From Planctomycetes bacterium UBA1662 (lineage in GTDB: Bacteria > Planctomycetota > UBA8108): a stretch of 58,529 bases of DNA. The stretch is from positions 1 through 58,529 of the forward strand of contig DCKY01000210.1 in the NCBI GenBank assembly GCA_002320775.1, in the 5' to 3' direction. Below the pieces are notes generated by a model, which was not told the DNA's origin, searched no databases, and was given only the letters and a program-made list of their open reading frames with translations. Shown piece by piece: positions 10,053 through 17,769 of the stretch (the first letter of the stretch is position 1; each line of letters starts with the position of its first letter). The translations under genes were made by a program, and so were the position numbers.

Positions 10053-12620
10053 CTACTTGAAAGGTACCGGGATAGCGGAAAAGTTCTGTGTCCCCACCCG
10101 GCCGGCATAGCCGTAGCCAAGGCAGGTCCAGCGTTCCCCCAGGCCGTTGCGGTGGTGATCGCTGGCTCGATACCAGCCTCGCTCCCAGGTATCGACCGGA
10201 TTGGAATAGCCGATCGCTATGTTCTCACCGACCCCGCTCGGAAAGCCTTCGGCCTTGGCCCTGGAACTCGGACTTCCATCAGAGCCGTTGTGCCAGATCT
10301 TCCCGGCTGAATCGCAGACGGCGCTGTGCTTCCTGGTGGCCCGACAGAGCCGCTCATCGAGGAAAAGCCGGCGACGGCCCATCATCTCGCGGTAATCATT
10401 CAAGACCACGGCATGCTGCTTGTCTGTGTCGGCTATGTCTTCGCTCTTCAGGGATTTATTGTAGGCCTCTACCTTGCGGTTGTAGGTGTAGGCATCGAGG
10501 TCAGCCCGGTTCAGCGCGAAGCTCTTGAGATCGATCTTCCTGTCGAGGTTGTTACGCAGATCCTGAAGCCCGCCCTTGTCACCCTCGGCGGGCGAGTATT
10601 TCAGCTCGGAGTAACAGCTCTCTTCGATGGTCCGGATCAGCTCGCTCATCGCGTTGGTTGACTTGTCGAGACTAATGGCAAAACTCGCCGCGCTGTTCCA
10701 GAGCTCCCGTACGAGCTCCACAGCCTCATCCACCTCCTTCTGACCATTCACCTCATCTCCCCTGGGCCAGTCAGCGTGACTTTCAGGCAGGTAGATCTTG
10801 CTGTCGTAGATGATCCTGATCGCCTCCACCCTGCGCTTGTCAAGCTCCTCACGCGCCTTCTTCAATCGAGAAAAGGCCGTGTGCTTCACCATTCGTTCGA
10901 GCCCCCGCGAGGTCTTCTCCCTGAGCTTGCCGAGCTCTTCGATGGTGCCTGCGCGAATCAGCTCCCGGCCCTTGGCTGGAAGTTCAGGGCGGGACATCAC
11001 CGCGACCAGCTGGCCGAAATAATCGTTCAGCTTCTTCTCACTTTTGACCAGTTTGAACTTCTTGAGAATCTTCGAGGTCTCGACGAGAGCGAGGCGCTGG
11101 GTTCTGTCCCCGGTATCTTCCCAGCCGCTACCCCGCGTATAGGTAAACCCTCCATCGGGAACTTTTTCCAGCCCGCGAGCATCAGCGAGCAACCGCGCCG
11201 CAGCGCTGTCGGCAACGCATTCCTTTTCCCTCTCCTTGCCGAGGTACTTCAGCAAGAGCTTGCCGCCCTCCTCCGCGAGCATCGAGTTGAAGGCGAAGCG
11301 GGCGGCCAGGAGAAGATTCTTCCCGGACAGCTTTTCGGAGGCGAGGGTAACCAACTTCAAGGGAGCGATCTCCTCTGCGGAGCCGGCCTGGTCCACCGCG
11401 CTGAGGGAAGAATCCAGCAAACCGGCGAGCTGCACGGCCAGCGAGAGCGGTTTTTCCTCTGCCACCACAGGGCTGCTCTTCAGCAGCTTGCTGCGCCGCT
11501 GTACGAGAAGCTGTTTCTCCTCCTCGATTCTCTTCTTCGCCCGATCCCGAAGTCCGGCAAGAACCTTATCGAATCGGGCCATGTACTCCGTGCCCTTGAA
11601 ACGCTCCCGGCCATAGGCAATGGTATCGAGGGCTTCGCCGTATTGCTCAAGTCCCTCGAGATGCCCTGAGTGAAACACGAGTTTTTCATAACTTTCGTCC
11701 GCGGCATCCGTGCAGCTCTTGCTCAACTGCTGCAGCTTGCCTGCGATCGAGGGATCGAGACGGAGAATCTCCGCCGTCTCCTTCTCGATGAACTCAAACA
11801 ACGCCTTCCAGGATTGCTGTCTCAGCAACTTGTCTTTCCGGCTGACCAGGGCGTACATGCGATTGTTCACATCCAGCTGACGGCGATCGCGCAGGATCCT
11901 GTCCAGATGGCTGAAAGACATCTCCCCTGCCCTGAACTTGACCTCTGAAAATTCGATCTTCGAGACGGCTATCCGGTTGAGAAAATCAGGCGTGATCGAC
12001 TCGATATGGCCGCTCTCCCAGGCAAATTCCTTGACCTGGTCCAGGGCCGCCCGGTGACGCAACTGGGCGGCGCTCCACTGAACAGCCGGCTGTTCCTGGT
12101 TCACGTAACCATCAAAAAGGAAATAGCCCCCGACACCCAGCAGGATGAGGACAAAAACCGGGCCAAGCACAGCCAGCTTGCGCCGCCTCGCCAGGCTGAC
12201 GGTCAGCTCCTCCCTTTTGCGGCTGGCTGTCCCCTCCGAACCGGCGGCCTTCTCCGCAGGATCCTCTACGGACGGCTCTCCTGCTGCCGCTTCAGCAGCC
12301 TCCATTGCCGGCACAGCAGGCGGCCCCTCGCCGTCAATCTCCCGAATCTCGAGCCGGGTATTGCCAAGACGAAGCTCGTCACCGGGACCAAGCTTCTCCC
12401 GCTCGACCCGGACTGAATTCAGGAAGCAGCCATTGCTCGAACCCTGGTCACAAATGTAGAGACGGCCTTCGTCCAGCTCGATTACGGCGTGCCGGCGGGA
12501 TGTTTTCGAATCTCCCGTAACGATGTCTGAGCTGTCTTCGCGCCCGATTCGAACAGGGAATTCAGAAAAATCGAGTTCCCTGGAGACTCCGCCGCCATCT
12601 GTAATTTGAAGCTTCAACAT
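10053..12620 (-). CDS. FHA-domain membrane protein with C-terminal CAP (SCP) domain
   Basis: FHA motifs IGRE..SRRHA..DQGSSNG; one transmembrane helix (LAVLGPVFVLILLGVGGYFLF); CAP motifs LNDYR..H..GENIA..W..ASDHHRNGL. Confidence 0.8.
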   Translation of the reverse strand: MLKLQITDGGGVSRELDFSEFPVRIGREDSSDIVTGDSKTSRRHAVIELDEGRLYICDQGSSNGCFLNSVRVEREKLGPGDELRLGNTRLEIREIDGEGPPAVPAMEAAEAAAGEPSVEDPAEKAAGSEGTASRKREELTVSLARRRKLAVLGPVFVLILLGVGGYFLFDGYVNQEQPAVQWSAAQLRHRAALDQVKEFAWESGHIESITPDFLNRIAVSKIEFSEVKFRAGEMSFSHLDRILRDRRQLDVNNRMYALVSRKDKLLRQQSWKALFEFIEKETAEILRLDPSIAGKLQQLSKSCTDAADESYEKLVFHSGHLEGLEQYGEALDTIAYGRERFKGTEYMARFDKVLAGLRDRAKKRIEEEKQLLVQRRSKLLKSSPVVAEEKPLSLAVQLAGLLDSSLSAVDQAGSAEEIAPLKLVTLASEKLSGKNLLLAARFAFNSMLAEEGGKLLLKYLGKEREKECVADSAAARLLADARGLEKVPDGGFTYTRGSGWEDTGDRTQRLALVETSKILKKFKLVKSEKKLNDYFGQLVAVMSRPELPAKGRELIRAGTIEELGKLREKTSRGLERMVKHTAFSRLKKAREELDKRRVEAIRIIYDSKIYLPESHADWPRGDEVNGQKEVDEAVELVRELWNSAASFAISLDKSTNAMSELIRTIEESCYSELKYSPAEGDKGGLQDLRNNLDRKIDLKSFALNRADLDAYTYNRKVEAYNKSLKSEDIADTDKQHAVVLNDYREMMGRRRLFLDERLCRATRKHSAVCDSAGKIWHNGSDGSPSSRAKAEGFPSGVGENIAIGYSNPVDTWERGWYRASDHHRNGLGERWTCLGYGYAGRVGTQNFSAIPVPFK

Positions 12621-12908
12621 GATTCTTACGAAGTCTCTGTTCCAGAAGGCATCCAGTCAAGAAAACAAACTCGAACGCTGCGGGAAATCAGGCTCCGATT
12701 GCGGCTGTCCATTCTCCGGACCTGCAGGACCAATGTCGGTGCATTCTCTATTATCACATCGCTGCTTGCGCGCCGAATCACAATGTGATCCCCAGGGCTG
12801 CTTCTCAGGGGATTGACAAACCGGTCGGCAAGGTCCATGGTCGTTGGTTACCATTGCAACCGGAGCCTAGCGCGCTGGCTCCAGGCAGACCAACCTGCGA
12901 AACGACAC

Positions 12909-13733
12909 ATGAACAGCTCCCTGGTAAAGACAAGACTTGCAGATGCCCCCATCGCGGTATTTGATTTTGAAACCACGGGAATCAACCCTTACAGCGGCCA
13001 CCGGATTATCGAGATCGGAATCCTCACCAGCATTGGCGGCCAGGTGCAGGAAACCTACGAGACCCTGGTTCAACCGGGTCGACGGGTCCCCGAGCAGGCA
13101 AGCGAGATCAACGATATCTACGATGAAGACCTCGAGGATGCTCCACTCTTCGTCAACATCCTGCCCAAGGTCGAAGCGCTGCTGGAAAACCGGGTGCTGG
13201 TGGCGCACAACGCACCCTTCGATCTCGGTTTCCTTCATGTCGAATTCCGCCTGGCCCGAAAAGACTTCTCCCAGGGACCGATCTGCGACACGGTAAAGCT
13301 TGCCCGCAACAGGTATAGCTTCCCCAACAACCAGCTAGGTACGATCTGTGCCGCCTTTGATATCGAGAATAAGCAGGCCCACCGCGCCCTGGCTGACGTG
13401 GAGGCCACCTTCGAGGTATTCCAGAGGTTCGCGCAAGAGCTGGGAGAGAAGGGAGATGCAACCGTCGAAGACTGGCTGAGAGCCCAGGGCGGCGATGTCC
13501 CGGCCCCCGAATCCAACCATCATGAACTCCCGAAGCATCATCCTGTCGCCTCAGCCCTGGAGGAAAGAGCCAGCCTCGAGATCAAGTACCGAGACAAGCA
13601 CGGCTCCGGAACAAAGCGGGTCATCGACCCGCTTCTGTGCCACGGCAACCTGCTCATCGCCCACTGCCATCTGCGCAACGAACAGCGCACCTTCCGCCTC
13701 GACCGGATCCAGACCGCCGAACCTGTCAGCTGA
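12909..13733 (+). CDS. DEDDh 3'-5' exonuclease (DnaQ-like) fused to a C-terminal WYL domain
   Basis: Exo I DFETTG, Exo II HNAPFD, Exo III HRALAD; WYL-like IKYRDKHG..TKRVIDP..AHCHLRNEQRTFRLDRI. Confidence 0.88.
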   Translation: MNSSLVKTRLADAPIAVFDFETTGINPYSGHRIIEIGILTSIGGQVQETYETLVQPGRRVPEQASEINDIYDEDLEDAPLFVNILPKVEALLENRVLVAHNAPFDLGFLHVEFRLARKDFSQGPICDTVKLARNRYSFPNNQLGTICAAFDIENKQAHRALADVEATFEVFQRFAQELGEKGDATVEDWLRAQGGDVPAPESNHHELPKHHPVASALEERASLEIKYRDKHGSGTKRVIDPLLCHGNLLIAHCHLRNEQRTFRLDRIQTAEPVS

Positions 13734-13815
13734 GATCCCCCTGCGCGCTGTTCAGGGGACGTCCGCTTCGGTTATCCTGATGAAGTACCCGGTCGCTATT
13801 GCGTAAACATCCGCT

Positions 13816-16800
13816 ATGAAGAAAAATCGGAAAATCACCGGCGGTCCTCACCACATCTGCGTGGTCCTTGCTGTCCTGTTCGCTGCCGGCTGCAAGCAGG
13901 AATCCAGAGAGATCTTCGAAGGCCGTCCGGGCGGCTCCATCCGGCAGCCCCCTGGTTCTGAGTGGGAGGAAATAGACAACCCCGGTGAGGACGGCTGGGG
14001 CACCGAGGTTCTCACCGAGAAGATCTCCGGACAACTCAAGAAACTTGGAGCCCTGATCTCGGGTGAGGAGAAAAAGAGCCCGGAGGCTTTCGCGGCCATC
14101 GCGGCCGCGGCCTTCTCCTGCGGCCCGCTTCGGCCCGAAAACCTCGAGCTCGTCTTTAAAGAGCCTCCCCTGGAGATCAGGCGGAGAAGAGCTGGCGCCG
14201 GCGGCCCGAGCTCCCGGCCGGTCTACCGGTCTCCCCGGGGACTCGCCCGGGCCATCGAGAGCTTCAGCCTCGAATGGAAAAACCGACCGGAAGTTAGAGC
14301 TTCCTTCAAGGTCTACGGCGTGACGGAGAAAAATGGAACGATCGAGACGACCCAGCACCTCGCGATTTTCGCGCGCGGCGGTGAGGGCCTTGTGGAGGAG
14401 CACTCTACCTGGACCACCCGGTGGGAAAAGGCCGGCGAAAAAGCTGAGCCCCTGCTCAGCTCCATTGCCATAGATCAATTTGAGCAGATCCGCAACGTCA
14501 ACAAGGCTCCCCTGTTCACCGACAGGACCGAAGCCGTGCTCGGCTCCAACCCTTCCTTCAGGCGGCAGCTCCAGCTGGGTCTCAACCACTGGCTCAACCG
14601 CAGCCAGGACAACCGCTTCTTCGCCCTGCTGGGCACCCCCGGCCTCGCGCTCGGCGACGTCAACGGCGACGGGCTCGACGATCTCTATGTCTGCCAGGAA
14701 GGCGGCCTGCCCAACCTTCTCTTCCTGCGAAACCCCGATGGAACGGCCACCGACAGCTCGGCCGCCTCGGGGGCCAACTGGCTCGACAGCTCCCGGGCGG
14801 CGCTGCTCGTCGATCTCGACAACGATGGCCACCAGGATCTCGCCGTCACCGTCCTGGGGGCGCTGGTTCTCGCCGCCGGGAATGGCTCAGGCGGCTTCAA
14901 AATCCGCGCCAGCATCCCAACCAGCAACGACACCATGTCGCTATCCGCCGCCGATGTCGATCTTGATGGAGACCTGGACCTCTATGTCTGCTCACACAAA
15001 GCCGACGATCTATCGCAGGATGCGGGCGTCGTCTCCATCGGCGCGGCCGATGGCTTTGTCTACCACGATGCCAACAACGCGGCTGCGAACCTGCTTCTTC
15101 GAAACGATATCACCCCCACCGGCAGCTGGACCTTCACCGACATCACCGTGAAATCGGGGCTCGACGTCAACAACCGCCGCTTCAGCTTCGCGGCCGCCTG
15201 GGAAGATTATGACAACGATGGAGATCCCGACCTCTACGTCGCCAACGATTTCGGCCGAAACAACCTCTATCGCAACGATATCGCCCCGGGGGCAGAGCCC
15301 CGCTTCGTCGATGTGGCCGCCAGCGAGGGGGCGGAAGACAGCGCCTCCGGGATGTCGGTCAGCTGGAGCGACTACGACCGCGATGGTCTCATGGATCTCT
15401 ACGTCAGCAATATGTTCTCAGCCGCCGGCAGCCGTGTCACCCGGCAGGATTCCTTCAAACCGAGAGCCTCCGAACAGGTCCGAAAGCGCCTCCAGCGCTT
15501 CGCCAGGGGCAACACCCTCCTTCGCCGCGGCGGCAACGGTTTTGAGGATGTCAGCCTCAACGCCAGGGTCAACATGGGTCGGTGGGCCTGGGGTTCGAGC
15601 TTCGTTGACCTCAACGGAGACGGATGGGACGACCTGGTCGTCGCCAATGGCTACATCACGACCAACGATACCGGCGACCTGTGAAGCTTCTTCTGGCGAC
15701 AGGTCGTGTCGCAAACGAAAAATACTGCGGCGGAAAGCTCGGCTGGACCCAACCAGGCCTATCTCCAGCTCTCTCGGATGATGCGCGAGGGCCGCTCGTG
15801 GAGCGGCCGCGAGAGAAACTGCTGCTTTCTCGGCACGCAGGGCGGCGCCTTTTCCGATGTCTCCGCTATCTCCGGACTCGATTTCCCGGATGACAGCCGC
15901 GCGCTCGCCGTTGGCGACTGGGATGGCGATGGCGACCCCGACCTCTGGATCTCGAACCGGAACGCGCCTCGCCTCAGGTTCCTCCGCAATGACGCGGCAC
16001 CCCCCGGAAGCTTCCTGAATCTCAGATTGCGGGGGGATGGAAAAAAAACCAACCTGGATGCCGTAGGAGCGCGGGTTGAGCTGAGGCTCGCCTCTGATGG
16101 CAAGCGGCCGCTCCTGCGGACGGTGACGGCGGGGGATGGTTTCCTGACCCAGTCAAGCCGCTGGCTGGCCTTCGCGGTAAGGAACGGAGCACGTATCTCG
16201 GAGGTGAAGGTGAGCTGGCCTGCGGGAAAGACGGAGCTCTTCAGCGGAGTCCGGGCGGGCGGACGCTACGAGCTGAGACAGGGCAGCGGCCGGGCGGAGC
16301 CCGTCAACATCGGCCAACCGCAGCCTCCTGCTTCCCCTGCGCCTCTTCTCCCCCCGCCTGCGAGCGACCAGGCCCGGATCCCGTTGATAACCCTCCTGGA
16401 TATTCCAGATCTCGTCTTCCTCGATCTCGAGGGACAGCGCCGCCCGCTCCTGCCGGGCCGGGGCCGCCCGCTCCTGGTAAATCTCTGGGCAAGCTGGTGC
16501 GTTCCCTGCCTGGAGGAGTTGAGAGAATTCAGGGAACGCGGCGACGAGCTGAAAAAAGCCGGGATCGAGATCCTCGCCCTCAGCACCGATGAGCTCGAGA
16601 AGAAGGGCAACATCGAGCTGCCTGGACAGGTTGGAAAATTTATCGGCGGCCTGGGCCCGCCGATCAGGACAGGAAGGGCCACCGGCGACCTTGTCGCCTT
16701 CCTGCAGAATCTCCACGACAGCATGGTGCCGCTCAACAAGCCGCTGCCGCTGCCCAGCAGCTTCCTGATCGACAGCGCCGGACGGCTCTCGGTCATCTAC

Positions 16801-17703
16801 AAGGGTCCTCTCTCGGTAGATGACCTGATCAAAGACATCGGCCATGGCCGGCTGGAGCGAAAGGAACGGCTCCTTGCCGCAGCCCTGCTCCCCGGTGTCT
16901 CCATCGAAAGCCAGGCGATCAAGGCCGCCTCCATCGAGGCGGAAGCGGCCCTGCGGTTCCAATACGGCCTCAACCTCGACCGGCTGCGGCTTGGCCCAGC
17001 CGCGCTCAAACAATACCAGGCTGTTCTCGCGATGAAACCGGAGTTTACGGAGGCGGAAAACAACCTCGGTCTCCTGCACCTGCGGGCCGGAAGGCTCGCC
17101 GAGGCGGAGAGCTCCTTCATGCGGGCGATCTCACTGCGCGAGGAATATGTAGAGCCGCGCTTCAACCTGGGCGCCGTCTATGACCGCCAGGGCCAGCTCG
17201 ACAAGGCCAGCGCCCTCTACCTCGATGTGCTTCGCCGCAGGCCGGACTACGCAAGAGCGAACAACTCTCTCGGAGTCATCCGCGCGCGCCAGGGGAAAAG
17301 AGCCCTGGCTGCCAGGCGCTTCGAGAAGGAGATCGAGGTCAATCCGCGGTTCGCCGAGGCCCACAACAACCTCGGCCAGCTGCTGCTGGAGGTGAAACAG
17401 GACCAGGCCGCGGAGACACGGCTTCGCGAAGCCGTCAGGCTGGACCCCCTCTACCCGCAGGCCCGGATGAACCTGGGAATCGCCCTGAAGCGTAGCGGAA
17501 AAACAAAAGCTGCCCTGGAGCATTATCTCGAGGCCATTCGTCTCCAGCCCCGCTTTGTCGAGGCGATCAACAACCTCGGTCGTCTCTACCTCGATGAGGG
17601 CCGTCTCGAAGAAGCGAAGGCCAGCTTCCGGCAAGCGCTCGAGATCAACCCCGGCTTCACGCCGGCGCGGGTAAATCTCGAGCGAGCTCTCGGCAACCCG
17701 TAA
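13816..17703 (+). CDS. CRTAC1/ASPIC-UnbV-family lipoprotein (FG-GAP propeller, ASPIC/UnbV, TlpA-like CxxC, TPR) with in-frame UGA at 15682-15684, probably Sec623; otherwise two ORFs 13816-15684 and ~15706-17703
   Basis: Both ORFs are in the same frame, separated only by TGA (DTGDL*SFFWRQVVS). FG-GAP repeats continue across the stop. Lipobox FAAGC; WASWCVPC thioredoxin motif; TPR repeats; SECIS-like hairpin after the TGA. Confidence 0.75.
15696..15712 (+). promoter_or_regulatory. Candidate bacterial SECIS element
   Basis: Perfect 6-bp stem GCGACA/TGTCGC with loop GGTCG, starting after an 11-nt spacer 3' of the in-frame TGA. The apical CAGGTC resembles the E. coli fdhF SECIS apex. Confidence 0.7.
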
Positions 17704-17744
17704 AAAAAGAGTCCGCCGGAGGCAGGCCTCCGGGCGGACTCTTT
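17702..17744. terminator. Rho-independent terminator between convergent genes (likely bidirectional)
   Basis: AAAGAGTCCGCC-GGAGGC-AG-GCCTCC-G-GGCGGACTCTTT inverted repeat, preceded by an A-tract (U-tract on the minus strand). Confidence 0.85.
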
Positions 17745-17769
17745 CACCGATATTCGGTGAGCTCTCGCT

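Noticed and set aside
15682-15684. UGA reassigned genome-wide (Trp or Gly) as the explanation for the internal stop
   Set aside because: Many genes here (fumC, lysA, proC, pfkA) end in TGA at the expected lengths and Trp is encoded by TGG. A nonsense pseudogene remains possible but does not explain the hairpin.
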